64,000 nt of DNA. Source: Deltaproteobacteria bacterium (GTDB lineage Bacteria > Myxococcota_A > UBA9160 > SMWR01). Position numbers and translations under genes: made by a program. How positions within the stretch are numbered: position 1 is the stretch's first letter; each line of letters begins with the position of its first letter. This document shows positions 41,085 to 50,945 of the stretch, in pieces. The stretch covers positions 32,001 to 96,000 of the forward strand of contig JAQBHB010000040.1 of NCBI GenBank assembly GCA_032128115.1. Reading direction: 5' to 3'. A model generated the notes under the pieces. That model saw nothing but the letters and a program-made list of their open reading frames with translations, was not told where the DNA came from and did no database searches.

Positions 41085-42379
41085 CCACCCTGGTGGCCGT
41101 AGGCGCTCAATGGGGCGACGAAGGGAAGGGCAAGCTGGTCGACTGGCTGGCCCCCCACGCCGAGTTCGTGGTGCGCTTCCACGGCGGCAACAACGCCGGG
41201 CACACCCTGGTGGTGAACGGGGAGCAGACGGTGCTCCATGTGGTGCCCGCCGGCGTGCTCGATCCGGACACGGTGAACCTGATCGGCCCCGGCGTGGTGG
41301 TGGACCCGGGCGTATTGCTCGCCGAGATCGCGGCATTGAAGGCGCGCGGCGTGTTGCGGGATCCCTCACGAGTGCGGGTATCCGGGCGCGCCCACGTGAT
41401 CCTCGACTGGCACCTGGCGCTGGACAAGGCCCGCGAGGAAATGGCGCGCGAGCACGCCATCGGCACCACCGGGCGCGGCATCGGCCCCGCCTACGAAGAC
41501 AAGGTGACGCGCCGCGGTCTGCGCGTGGCGGACCTGCTGGATCCCCAATCCCTGCGCGGCGCCATCGATCGCCTCGCCGAGCAGAAGAACTTCGAGCTGG
41601 TGAACTACTACAAGTGGAAGCCGGTGGACGCGGACAAGCTCTACGCCCAGTGTGTGGCGTGGGGGCGGGAGCTCGAGCCCTACGTGGATCACACCACGCG
41701 CACCCTGGACCGGGCACTTCGCGAGGGCAAGAACGTGCTGTTCGAAGGGGCCCAGGGCACGTTCCTGGACATCGACCACGGCACCTATCCCTACGTGACG
41801 TCCTCGAACTGCGTGGCGGGCGCCGTGTGCGCCGGCGCCGGCGTGGGCCCCACCCGCATCGATCGGGTGCTGGGGATTACCAAGGCCTACACCACCCGCG
41901 TGGGAGGCGGACCGTTTCCCACCGAGGAGACCGGCAAAACGGGCGAGAAGCTGCGCTCGGTGGGCGCGGAGTTCGGCGCCACCACCGGGCGGCCCCGCCG
42001 CTGCGGATGGCTCGATGCGGTGATGCTGCGCGAGTCGACCATCGTGAACGGCTTCACGGCGCTGGCCGTCAACAAGCTCGACGTGCTCTCGGGTCTCCAT
42101 GAGCTGAAGATCGCCACGGCCTACAAGGTGGATGGCAAGCTCACCTACGACTTCCCCATGACCCTGTCCGAGATCGAGCGGGCCGAGCCGGTCTACGAGA
42201 CCTTCCCATGCTGGTCCGAGGACATCACCGGCTGCCGGGACTTCGAGTCGCTGCCCGCCACCGCACGCGCGTACGTGGACCGGGTGGAGGCGCTGGCCGG
42301 CGTGCCCGTGGAGCTGATCTCGGTGGGTCCGGGCCGCGACGAGACGATCGCCCGCACCGAGCCGTTCCGGCCCGTCTAG
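41081..42379 (+). CDS. purA: Adenylosuccinate synthetase
   Basis: GAQWGDEGKGK, GTTGRGIGPAY, EFGATTGRPRRCGWLD. Confidence 0.98.
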   Translation: MTTLVAVGAQWGDEGKGKLVDWLAPHAEFVVRFHGGNNAGHTLVVNGEQTVLHVVPAGVLDPDTVNLIGPGVVVDPGVLLAEIAALKARGVLRDPSRVRVSGRAHVILDWHLALDKAREEMAREHAIGTTGRGIGPAYEDKVTRRGLRVADLLDPQSLRGAIDRLAEQKNFELVNYYKWKPVDADKLYAQCVAWGRELEPYVDHTTRTLDRALREGKNVLFEGAQGTFLDIDHGTYPYVTSSNCVAGAVCAGAGVGPTRIDRVLGITKAYTTRVGGGPFPTEETGKTGEKLRSVGAEFGATTGRPRRCGWLDAVMLRESTIVNGFTALAVNKLDVLSGLHELKIATAYKVDGKLTYDFPMTLSEIERAEPVYETFPCWSEDITGCRDFESLPATARAYVDRVEALAGVPVELISVGPGRDETIARTEPFRPV

Positions 42380-42436
42380 GCCTGCTCGCGGGCGGGTTGA
42401 AGCTCAAGCTTCTGCCGTATCCGTCGAGGAGCAAGC

Positions 42437-43123
42437 GTGGGCGTTCACCTGCGAATCCTGTCGGCCAATCTGTATGTGGGCCGCGCCGATCCGGAGGCCT
42501 TTGCCGAGATCGTTCGGGATTTCGGGGCCGATGTGGTGGCGGTGCAGGAGCTGGGGCCCAGCCAGGCCGAGGCGCTGGCCGAGGTACTGCCCCACGGGCT
42601 CCTGGAGCCGGACGCGGCCTACAGCGGCATGGGCATCGCCGCCAGGCGGCCGGCGGCCACCCGGCGGGTCCCGCAGGTGGAGCGCAACGCCCGGGTGGCC
42701 CGGCTCGAGCCCTGCGACTGGCCGGAGCTTCCCCGGGGCGTCGAGATCCTGAATGTCCACATCACGGCGCCGCACGCGTATCCGTTCTGGCTCCAGCCGT
42801 TTCGGCGCCGGACGCAGCTCGAAGGGGTGCTCTCCCACGTAGCCGGCGATCCGGAGCTTCCTCGGGCGGTGGTGGGGGACTTCAATGCGACCCCCCTGTG
42901 GCCCCTGTATCGCCGATTCGCCGTCCATCTCGAAGATGTCGTGCACAGCTACGCCCGCGCCCGGGGCGAACGCCCGGCCCGGACGTGGCCTCGCATGCTC
43001 GGGGGTCCTCTGATCCGAATCGATCACTGCTTCGCATCGGGTCTCTCCGCGGAGCACGTGGAGACCTTCGAGATCCCCGGCTCCGATCACCTGGCCCTGG
43101 GCGTGGTTCTTTCAATTGACTGA
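42437..43123 (+). CDS. Endonuclease/exonuclease/phosphatase family protein
   Basis: SANL, DVVAVQE, GDFNA, RIDH, GSDH. Confidence 0.88.
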   Translation: MGVHLRILSANLYVGRADPEAFAEIVRDFGADVVAVQELGPSQAEALAEVLPHGLLEPDAAYSGMGIAARRPAATRRVPQVERNARVARLEPCDWPELPRGVEILNVHITAPHAYPFWLQPFRRRTQLEGVLSHVAGDPELPRAVVGDFNATPLWPLYRRFAVHLEDVVHSYARARGERPARTWPRMLGGPLIRIDHCFASGLSAEHVETFEIPGSDHLALGVVLSID

Positions 43124-43157
43124 TCTCGAATTCCCGAGCTGAGCCCGCGTGTTGGGG

Positions 43158-43204
43158 GGCAGCGGGCGGACGAGAAGCGCGCCCGCTGCCTCTCGTCCGC
43201 CCGC
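43158..43204. terminator. Strong inverted repeat between convergent genes
   Basis: GCGGGCGGACGAGA(43162-75)/TCTCGTCCGCCCGC(43191-204), perfect 14-bp stem, no U-tract. Confidence 0.5.
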
Positions 43205-43287
43205 CCGGACCCGGAAGCCGCTTCACCCTCGGCACCGATCCGGAGCCCGTTGAACACGGCGGACAATAAGCGAATAAAAAGCGAAAG

Positions 43288-43713
43288 TCAAGTTCTCAGG
43301 CGGCGGGGCATCTTCTTCAGCTTGATGTCGACACCGCCCATGATGGCGGTGCCCTGGATGCGGAGCTTGGGCGCACCGGCCTCGTCGGCCCGGTTCGAGA
43401 AGCTGGAAAAGCCCCCCATGAGGCCCAGTCCGCCGGTCTCTACGTCGATGTCGGGCGGAACGATGATGCTGACGCCCCCCATGATGGTCAGGATGTCCAC
43501 CACGGTCTCGCCCTCGTAGAGGTCCGCCTCGCGGAAGTCGAGTTCTACGCCCCCCATGACGGCCAGCACCCGCAAGCGGGCAGGAGGCTCCCAGTTGCCC
43601 TTGCGCGCGGCGCCGCCCAGGATCGCCACCACGGATTCCTCGTCGCGCTCCAGCAGCTCGAGCTCGGCCCGCGTGGGAGCAACAACAGGCTTGTCGGAGG
43701 GGGCTCGCGCCAC
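43288..43713 (-). CDS. LiaF/DUF2154-like small protein
   Basis: AVMGGVELDFREA, IMGGVSIIVPPD, AIMGGVDI. Confidence 0.7.
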   Translation of the reverse strand: MARAPSDKPVVAPTRAELELLERDEESVVAILGGAARKGNWEPPARLRVLAVMGGVELDFREADLYEGETVVDILTIMGGVSIIVPPDIDVETGGLGLMGGFSSFSNRADEAGAPKLRIQGTAIMGGVDIKLKKMPRRLRT

Positions 43714-43802
43714 GTGCCGAGTCTACGTTCCGCTCGCGGCCCGGCGCCAGCCCCGCCGCGGATCCAGTCGACACGGCACCGACCCGGTGGTACCCACCCG
43801 CT

Positions 43803-43875
43803 GGGCCGTTAGCTCAGTTGGTAGAGCATCGGGCTTTTAACCCGCTGGTCCAGGGTTCGAGTCCCTGACGGCCCA
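43803..43875 (+). tRNA. tRNA-Lys(UUU); CCA end not encoded
   Basis: Acceptor GGGCCGT/ACGGCCC, D arm GCTCAGTTGGTAGAGC, anticodon loop CTTTTAA, T arm CAGGG TTCGAGT CCCTG; followed by A-CAA. Confidence 0.97.
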
Positions 43876-43904
43876 CAACCAGCGACCAAGCGGTCAACGG
43901 AAGT

Positions 43905-43941
43905 GCAATCGGGCAGAGCCCGATTGCCACCCTTTCTCTTT
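43905..43941 (+). terminator. Rho-independent terminator of tRNA-Lys
   Basis: GCAATCGGGC-AGA-GCCCGATTGC followed by a pyrimidine/T-rich run. Confidence 0.7.
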
Positions 43942-43950
43942 GGGCGCACC

Positions 43951-43970
43951 AACTGGATCTAAATCCAGTT
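43951..43970. repeat. 20-bp palindrome P, copy 1
   Basis: AACTGGAT-CTAA-ATCCAGTT. Confidence 0.9.
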
Positions 43971-43981
43971 CCAATACGACA

Positions 43982-44003
43982 ACGCCACGCCGAAGCGAGG
44001 CGT
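43982..44003 (-). terminator. Minus-strand hairpin with cUUCGg tetraloop
   Basis: Minus strand ACGCCTCGC-TTCG-GCGTGGCGT, downstream of the giant gene; also present in repeat copy 2. Confidence 0.5.
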
Positions 44004-44090
44004 GTCGGACTGATTGCGGTCAGGAGCTACAGCGACCTGCGCCCGCGCCCCGACGCCGCAAGCCGGCCGGACTTGGCACAGGTGCAGTCG

Positions 44091-47000
44091 TTATCGAGAG
44101 CAGCCGCAATCCTGACTCAATCCGTCCACCTCATTCAGGGTCAGGCAGACCCCGCACGCGACGATCTCGTCCAGGCAGACCGCGAGATCGGTCGCGTCGT
44201 CTGCGACGCAGCCTGGGAAGGCCGCAGACAGACCGACATTCCGCTCGACGCACTTTCCGGCCTCTCGCGCGATCTCGCCGGTGGCCGGATTGCAGGCCTT
44301 GGCGATCTTGCCCATCGGGTCGACTCCCAGGCAGGACTCCAGATCCCGTGCGGTCAGGATGCTGCCGTCCTTCAGTCCGTCCTTCTTGCAACGGTTGAAT
44401 TCCTTCAGCCACGCCTGTTGACAGCTATCGAGCTTGCGGGCGACCGCCTGCTGGCAGCGCGCGCCCTCTCGGTCCCCGGCTTCGCTCAGCACCGCCGCAT
44501 CCAGATCTGGCCCGAACACGCCGTGCATCACGTCGAACGCCAGCTGCTTTCCTGACGTCGCAACCGCGAATCCATCTCGGGGGCCGAAGCCCGGCCCCTC
44601 CTCGCATTGCACCGTACTGGGGTCGAACTTCTTGCTCGATTTCTGACTGGCCTTCTTGCTTGCCTTTCGGCTGGCTTTCTGGCTGGCTTTTCGGGGGGCG
44701 TCTACCAACGCACAGGTCTCGATCGTCCCGGACGGTAGTCGGTCCCTTGCGCTGTCTCGGAAGCACTCCCGGATCTGCTTGCTCTGATCCTTCGCCACCG
44801 ACGCAAGCCCCTTGTTCAGCTCGTTGATGCACCGCTGCTGCTCGCGGCTCTGTCCGAACTGCAGGTCGCAGGCATCGCCTACGCCGTCGGCATCGAGATC
44901 GGCCTGGTCGGTGTTCGGGCGCTGGAGGCAATTGTCGAAGGGGTCGGCCACGCCGTCCGCGTCCGTGTCGGCGGCGCCGGCGATGACGAGGTCCTGTTGA
45001 TCTGCCTGGCAGGTGCCGGACTCGGCGCAGATATCCCCTGCAGCGCACTCGGCGTCGCTGGCGCAGGCGGAGCCCATGCGGTGGGAAATCACTGCGGCGC
45101 TCAGGAAGACCTGACGGCCGTCGGTCTGAGCGGATAGCGGTCCGAATAGCTGAACGATGTCCTGGGCGGCATCCTGACACTCGACGTCGGCCGACGGGAA
45201 CATCTGCTGGCACGACTGCGTGCTGGTACACGGGCCAAGATTCACGCGGCAGGTTCCCACGCCGGGCTCACCGAAGATCGGCGAGCAGAACTCCTCGCTC
45301 CCACACTTGCAGGCTCCCGTCCCACAGGCATTCACATGGTCCCCCGGGTCTGCGTCGCAGGTCGTCCCCAGGTCTTCGATGCAGCCCCCCGGAGGCACGA
45401 AGCAGATTCCCGCCGGACAGTCCTCTTTACTCGCGCACGGCTCGGCCGTGTCCGTGCAGATGCCCGCGCTCACCGCAGCCAGGGGCGTCACGCACTCGCC
45501 GGCCAGCTCCGGGGAAAGCGTTGCCCGGGCCGCGAACCCCGCAGCCCCTGCTCCCGCGGAACTCCCTCCGTCCGCGAGCTGCGCCGCCTCCCGGAGGTTG
45601 AAGGTCTGGAGCACGAGTCCGTCGCCGTTGCCGTTTCCATCGAGATCCAGCCCCCCCTGATCGGCCTCCAGCGTCAAGAAGGTGACCGTGTCACCCGACA
45701 CCCGGTAGGGAACGCGCGGGTCGCACGCCTCCAGCCGACACGGGATCGCGGCCTGCCCGCTGTTGAAAACGTGGCCCGAAATGAGGTCGTAGACATGCAA
45801 GACGTCGTCGAGGGTGTCGTCATCGGCGCCTGGGTTCAGGGAGCCGTCCGTCTCGGGGACGCGGAAGGCGACCATCCGCTCGCTCAGCACGAACTCCTCG
45901 GCCGCGAGACCCACCGCCGTCAGCTGGTTCGCCGCCGCATCGTAGACATGCAGCTCACGACTCGGCTCGGCGAGAAATGCCACGACGGATCCGGCCGCGT
46001 CGAGAGCGCTGGCCGCGGGCCCAACCCGTGTCCAACCGGGTGCGCCCGCCGTCCAGGGGTAGACCTCGACGAAGGTCTCCTCCTCGGGGCCCGAAGGCAC
46101 GAGGGCGGCGATCAGCTCGCTCGACATCGCGATTGCGGTGGCTTCCTTGCCGAGCGAATCAGCGGCGCCTCCGCTCACAGAGACGTGGACAAACTTGTCG
46201 CTCGTGTCCCCGTCCCCGTTCCGGTCGGACGCATCGCGGAAGGCTGCCTCCGGCACGAGGAAGGCCGCGGATCCCGCCGCAATCGCCACCTCTTCCGCCG
46301 GACCGAGGGTTGTGGGCTCCGCCGCCGGGGCCTTCGTATCGAAAACCTGCAACACGGTATCGTCCAGGTCGCCGTCGCCCGAGAGGTCGGCGGAAGGGTC
46401 GAGCGGGTCGGGGCCTCGCACGAAGATGTCCTCTTCACCGTTCGTATCGCCGGGAACGAGGTTGTCGGCCTGCGACGCGAACGCCACGAGGCGGCCATCC
46501 GCCGAGAGAGCCGGAATGGTGGATGTGCCATTCCCCTCGCTCCCGTCCGAGGAGACGCTCACCCGCTCCGTCACCCCGGTGAGCCGGTCGTGCACGAAGA
46601 CGTCGCCTGCAACGTTCGTATCGCCGAACACGAGGTTGCTGGCATGCGAGTGGAATGCCACGAAGCGACCATCCGCCGAGAGCGCTGTATCGCTCGAGCG
46701 ATCGTCTCCCGCGCTCCCGTCCGAAGCGACGCTCACCCGCTCAATCCCCTCCAGTTCGCGGCGGACGCCAATGACTTTGGTGAGCCGGTCGTGCACGAAG
46801 ACGTCCCGTAAATCGTTCGTATCGCCGGGCACGAGGTAGCCGGCGCTCGATTGGAACGCCACGAAGCGGCCGTCCGCGGAGAGCGCGAGGATGGACAAGT
46901 GGTCGAGGTCCACTTCCGAGCCGCTCACCGGCTCCGTCACTCCGGTGAGCCGGTCGTGCACGTAAACGCTATGAACTGTGGTGCCGTCGAATTCTAATGC

Positions 47001-49646
47001 GTCATTCCAAATTGCGAACGCCACGTAGCGGCCGTGTGCCGAGAGCGCAGGGGCAGCCGCTCCGACGGCCACCTGCTCCGTCACGCCGCTGAGCCGGTCG
47101 TGCACGAAGATTTCGCCGAAAAAGGGTGGTTCGCCGTTCGTATCGCCCGGGGCGAAGTTGGTGACATTCGACTCGAACGCCACGAAGCGGCCGTCCGCCG
47201 AGATCGTCGCCTCGTACGAGGACCCGTCTCCCTCGCTCCCGTCCGAGGCGACGCTTACGCGCGTCGTCTCACCGGTGACCCGATCGTGGACGAACACGTC
47301 CGCCCCCCCGAAGGTGTGGCCGTTCGTATCACCGAACACGAGGTTGCTGGCACGCGAGTGGAATGCCACGAAGCGGCCGTCCGCTGAGAGCGCTGGCCCC
47401 AGCGATTGGTCGTCTCCCTCGCTCCCGTCAGACGCGACGCTCACCCGCTCCGTCACCCCGGTGAGCCGGTCGTGCACGAAGACGTCCCGTGAATCGTTCG
47501 TATCGCCGGACACGAGGTTGCTGGCGAACGACGTGAACGCTACGAAGCGGCCGTCCGCCGAAAGCGTCGGACCGCCCGAGAAACTGTTTCCCTCGCTCCC
47601 GTCCGAGGCGACGCTCACCCGCTCCGTCACCTGCCGCGCGCTTCTCGACTCCGGCCGGCGGAAGTAGGCCAGCCCCTCCGAGAGGCCGACACTGCCATGG
47701 TTCACGAGCGACGCCGCGTCCACCGCCAGGGGGCGGGGCAGCGGGCCCGTCAGCTCCTCGGCGCAGTCGGCCGGATCAGCGCAGGCCTTACCCAGCCGGT
47801 AGATCCGCAGAATGGGATCGAAGACACTGCCGTTGCCGTTGGCGTCCGCCGCGAACTGGAGGGGCTCGGGCTCTAGGAAGGCCACCACGTCGCCCTCGGC
47901 GGCCACCGCGGGAAAGCGGAACGGCGCCTGCCGAATGCGCGCGACCGCGCGACCGCGCTCGCGTTCGCCGCCGCTCTCGACGCCGATCGGCTGCATGACT
48001 CCTGTTGCGCGGTCGCGCAAAACCAACACCGGGTCCGTGCAGTCGATATCGCCGTTGATGTCCTGACCGAGAGCCGGCTCGCACACGGCGTCGGCGGGGC
48101 TCGCGATCTGCTCCAGCTCCACGAAGGCGAACATCGACTCCGTCTCGATCAGGCCCTCGATCGGCACCGGGTTCTCGGCTTCGAGAACGAGCTTGTGTTC
48201 GGTCTCCACGATCACCACGGGGCCTACGCCCGCCACCAGGCGGTCCGCGAAATCGAATAGCGCCGGGCCGCACTCGGCCCCCGCCCCGCAATCCGCGTCG
48301 CTCGTGCAGGCGCGCCCGGTGTCGGCTCCCGTCTCGGCATCGCGGCAGGTGGTGGGCCCGCAGGTGCTCGCCGGGCAGTCGGTGTCCTCCGCACAGGGGA
48401 AGCCCGCGTTGTCGCCCGCCGTGCACTGGCCGAAGACCGGGGCCGGGCCCGTGAGATCCGGCTGGCGGCGGGCGATCCGCATCACCCCGATCGGCGCGTC
48501 CACCGAGCCGAACAGAGAGATCGCATCCGGGTTCTCCGGGTCCGACAGCGGCTCGAAAATCGGCGGCAGCCGTTGGCCGCCCATCGAGTAGGCGGCCAGG
48601 AACGAGTCGCCGGGGAGTTGCACGGCGTCGACGCAGGTGCCCTCGGGGGCGCACTGCGCGTCGCTGGTGCACGCGGCTCCCGGCGTGACCCCCCCGAAGC
48701 AGCGCGGGCTTGAGGCGAAAGCCGGGAAGTCCGTGTTGCCCGTCACCAGCCGCGGCACAGGAATGCCGTCGGGCCGCAGCAGCACCCCGCGCCAGTCCAT
48801 GGGGACCAACACGTTGCCGGCCTGGTCGATGGTGAAGCGCAACTCGGAGGCGAGGCCCGTGCACTCGGTCTGCTCCGTGGTGCACAGTGCCTGGAAGTCG
48901 TTCGCGGGGGGCAGCGCCGTCAGGTGCCCGAAGATCGGGTCGATGTGAGCGGCGCCGGTCTCGCAAGTGCCGTCCTGCGCATACAGCTCGTCAACGCAGG
49001 CGACCAGGCCCGGGGTGTCGGCACAGCGGGCCGAGGCCAGGCCGAAGGGCAGCGGTGCCGTCACGGGCGTCACGGCGATGGCCAGAGGCCCCGTGAACGT
49101 GCGGCCATCGTTCACGGCGCCGATCCGGGCGTCCGTGTCCGGGAAGCGGAATACGAGGGTTTGCGCGTCGCGGATCTCCAGCTCCTGGGTCCTGGGTTCC
49201 ACCACCTCGCATCTGGCGGTCCCGTCGCCCGGCAGCGGCCCCGCGCTCACAAGCAGCGCCTCACATGCGGACTCGTTCGGCCCGGTCGTGAGCACCACCG
49301 CATTGCGCGGACCGCCCGCCGGAGGCTTGAAGAGCACTGTGACGAAGTAGTCACCTTCCGAGTCGAAGCCTGGCGAGGCCGCGTCGCACCCGTCGGTCTT
49401 CAGCGTGAGTGCGATCTGCTGGCCGACGTCGCCGGGGAGCGCATAGGGCCGGTTGAGCGTGCCCAGCGCCCCGCGGAACTCCAACGTGGTCCCGGGGATC
49501 ACGTTGCACTGGGCCAGGGCGTCCTGGCCGGAAGGGGACGGGAGCACCAGTTGGACGACCGACAGCGTCAGCAGGGTCGCAGTCCAACGCGCCCACCGCC
49601 TGCGACGCAAGTTGGGCTGACCGGGGCGGAATCGGATGATGGGCAC
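44091..49646 (-). CDS. Giant secreted multidomain protein A (Cys-rich repeats, 7 TolB/PD40-like propeller repeats, TSP3 Ca-binding repeat, Cys-rich C-terminal domain)
   Basis: Signal peptide; ERVSVASDGS..ALSADGRFVAF..DVFVHDRLTG x7; DTDADGVADPFDNC..GDACD; start set at GTG 49646 by homology with paralog B. Confidence 0.85.
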   Translation of the reverse strand: MPIIRFRPGQPNLRRRRWARWTATLLTLSVVQLVLPSPSGQDALAQCNVIPGTTLEFRGALGTLNRPYALPGDVGQQIALTLKTDGCDAASPGFDSEGDYFVTVLFKPPAGGPRNAVVLTTGPNESACEALLVSAGPLPGDGTARCEVVEPRTQELEIRDAQTLVFRFPDTDARIGAVNDGRTFTGPLAIAVTPVTAPLPFGLASARCADTPGLVACVDELYAQDGTCETGAAHIDPIFGHLTALPPANDFQALCTTEQTECTGLASELRFTIDQAGNVLVPMDWRGVLLRPDGIPVPRLVTGNTDFPAFASSPRCFGGVTPGAACTSDAQCAPEGTCVDAVQLPGDSFLAAYSMGGQRLPPIFEPLSDPENPDAISLFGSVDAPIGVMRIARRQPDLTGPAPVFGQCTAGDNAGFPCAEDTDCPASTCGPTTCRDAETGADTGRACTSDADCGAGAECGPALFDFADRLVAGVGPVVIVETEHKLVLEAENPVPIEGLIETESMFAFVELEQIASPADAVCEPALGQDINGDIDCTDPVLVLRDRATGVMQPIGVESGGERERGRAVARIRQAPFRFPAVAAEGDVVAFLEPEPLQFAADANGNGSVFDPILRIYRLGKACADPADCAEELTGPLPRPLAVDAASLVNHGSVGLSEGLAYFRRPESRSARQVTERVSVASDGSEGNSFSGGPTLSADGRFVAFTSFASNLVSGDTNDSRDVFVHDRLTGVTERVSVASDGSEGDDQSLGPALSADGRFVAFHSRASNLVFGDTNGHTFGGADVFVHDRVTGETTRVSVASDGSEGDGSSYEATISADGRFVAFESNVTNFAPGDTNGEPPFFGEIFVHDRLSGVTEQVAVGAAAPALSAHGRYVAFAIWNDALEFDGTTVHSVYVHDRLTGVTEPVSGSEVDLDHLSILALSADGRFVAFQSSAGYLVPGDTNDLRDVFVHDRLTKVIGVRRELEGIERVSVASDGSAGDDRSSDTALSADGRFVAFHSHASNLVFGDTNVAGDVFVHDRLTGVTERVSVSSDGSEGNGTSTIPALSADGRLVAFASQADNLVPGDTNGEEDIFVRGPDPLDPSADLSGDGDLDDTVLQVFDTKAPAAEPTTLGPAEEVAIAAGSAAFLVPEAAFRDASDRNGDGDTSDKFVHVSVSGGAADSLGKEATAIAMSSELIAALVPSGPEEETFVEVYPWTAGAPGWTRVGPAASALDAAGSVVAFLAEPSRELHVYDAAANQLTAVGLAAEEFVLSERMVAFRVPETDGSLNPGADDDTLDDVLHVYDLISGHVFNSGQAAIPCRLEACDPRVPYRVSGDTVTFLTLEADQGGLDLDGNGNGDGLVLQTFNLREAAQLADGGSSAGAGAAGFAARATLSPELAGECVTPLAAVSAGICTDTAEPCASKEDCPAGICFVPPGGCIEDLGTTCDADPGDHVNACGTGACKCGSEEFCSPIFGEPGVGTCRVNLGPCTSTQSCQQMFPSADVECQDAAQDIVQLFGPLSAQTDGRQVFLSAAVISHRMGSACASDAECAAGDICAESGTCQADQQDLVIAGAADTDADGVADPFDNCLQRPNTDQADLDADGVGDACDLQFGQSREQQRCINELNKGLASVAKDQSKQIRECFRDSARDRLPSGTIETCALVDAPRKASQKASRKASKKASQKSSKKFDPSTVQCEEGPGFGPRDGFAVATSGKQLAFDVMHGVFGPDLDAAVLSEAGDREGARCQQAVARKLDSCQQAWLKEFNRCKKDGLKDGSILTARDLESCLGVDPMGKIAKACNPATGEIAREAGKCVERNVGLSAAFPGCVADDATDLAVCLDEIVACGVCLTLNEVDGLSQDCGCSR

Positions 49647-49649
49647 GGG

Positions 49650-49937
49650 AGCTATCCTACGCCCCCAACACACGAGTGGGGAGCCGACGCGCCGACCCCG
49701 CGATTCTTCCGCCAACCTGTGCGAGCGTTGCTGCCCCGAGGGGAAACAGATGGCCCGTCGGGCGGCCTCGCCCCGATCGGTCCGGGGCTCACCCCTTGCC
49801 ACAGGCAGGGGAGGGTGCGCCCCTCGATTCGCCTGGAGGCGACGGATAGCGACGGGGCGACGGTGTGGGTGCAGCCTGGTGCCGCTCCCTGCAGCCTCCT
49901 GCATGGCAGGAGCCGCAAGGTCGCGACTTCGCTCACC
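49650..49937 (-). promoter_or_regulatory. Conserved hairpin-rich upstream region of gene A
   Basis: Homologous to 57775-58153; shared hairpins. Confidence 0.55.
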
Positions 49938-49948
49938 GCGGTTTCGTT

Positions 49949-50126
49949 CTTTTAACCCGCTGGTCCAGGGTTCGAGTCCCTGACGGCCCACAACCAGCGA
50001 CCAAGCGGTCACCGGAAGTGCAATCGGGCAGTGCCCGATTGCCACCTTTTCTCTTTGGGCGCACCAACTGGATCTAAATCCAGTTCCGAAACCACAACGC
50101 CCCGCCGAAGCGAGGCGTGTCGGACT
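49949..50126 (+). repeat. 178-bp direct repeat, copy 2 (att-like tRNA-Lys 3' fragment; palindrome P copy 2 at 50066-50085)
   Basis: Begins CTTTTAACCCGCTGGTCCAGGGTTCGAGTCCCTGACGGCCCA; the tRNA 5' half is absent. Confidence 0.95.
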
Positions 50127-50231
50127 AGTAGGACGTCGGCGCGGCGCGGACCAGCGGGGATTTCACCGGCGGCAGGGGTTGGAGGTGATCGCGCGTGAGA
50201 GAGGAAAGACGGAGTCGAGCTGGGCTCGCGC

Positions 50232-50642
50232 TCAGTCCCGACGCAATCTCATGCCTACATAGAGTCCGAGCGCGTGGTTGTCGAACCCGGAGACGTCCGG
50301 ACCGTAGGCCCCTTCTCGGCGAGCAACGGCACCGAGCAGCTCGTGAACCTCGCCCAGGTCGAGGAAGATCCCGTCGCACTTCGAACAGGTCTCCACCGAA
50401 ACGGAGTCGAGCTGTCCCTCCGCGAGCGCCTCGCCGGCGCAGCTCGGACAATCCACCCACGAGGCGCCTCGACGCTGGATCCTCGTTTCGGGGAGCTTGC
50501 CTCCGAAATTCGTGAAGTGGCGGGTGAGCTCTCCTTGATCGAACCACAGACCCTTGCAGGTGTTGCAGTGGTCGAGAGTGACTCCCGCCGACGTCCAGTG
50601 ATGCATGGAAACGGAGCACTTCGGGCAATTCCGCTCGCTCAT
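50232..50642 (-). CDS. Tandem zf-TFIIB-like zinc-ribbon protein
   Basis: CPKC..LDHCNTCKGLWFDQGEL and CPSC..ETCSKCDGIFLDLGEV; alternative start at 50720. Confidence 0.8.
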   Translation of the reverse strand: MSERNCPKCSVSMHHWTSAGVTLDHCNTCKGLWFDQGELTRHFTNFGGKLPETRIQRRGASWVDCPSCAGEALAEGQLDSVSVETCSKCDGIFLDLGEVHELLGAVARREGAYGPDVSGFDNHALGLYVGMRLRRD

Positions 50643-50884
50643 GGTCTCTACCTCTGGCTCGTGGAGATCTTCGTCGGCGCTTCCATCGAACTTCGTCGGG
50701 CTGACTCGCTGATTGGCCATCGCCGCCTCTCGACCTCGTCCTCTATGAGACTGTCGGAGGGAGAGCCGGAATCGGATCAGCTGCCGGATCGGCTGCCCGT
50801 GTTGTTGCGGTTTCACCCCGCCAAGAGAGGGAGTGGCGACGCCGGGGAGCGCGAAGAGGGTCCCCCATCGGGAACCTCTAGAAC

Positions 50885-50915
50885 GGGGAGGCCCCACCTT
50901 GGATGGGGTCTCCCC
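50885..50915 (-). terminator. Hairpin downstream of the small secreted protein gene
   Basis: GGGGAGGCCCCA-N7-TGGGGTCTCCCC. Confidence 0.45.
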
Positions 50916-50945
50916 TTCTCGACTCGTGTGGCTAGGTCTCGTGCA

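Larger units (their letters stand above)
43834..44011 (+). repeat. 178-bp direct repeat, copy 1 (tRNA 3' half, terminator, palindrome, hairpin)
   Basis: Aligns ungapped to 49949-50126 with 7 mismatches by manual count. Confidence 0.95.

Noticed and set aside
44030..44110. Possible frameshift at the end of gene A
   Set aside because: The alternative frame gives only a weakly plausible continuation; it cannot be supported without homologs.
49949..49990. Second tRNA-Lys gene
   Set aside because: Only the 3' half is present; the acceptor 5' strand and D arm are missing.
49647..50045. N-terminal extension of the 1984-aa ORF
   Set aside because: It runs antisense through the tRNA fragment and leader; paralog B and the signal peptide place the start at 49646.
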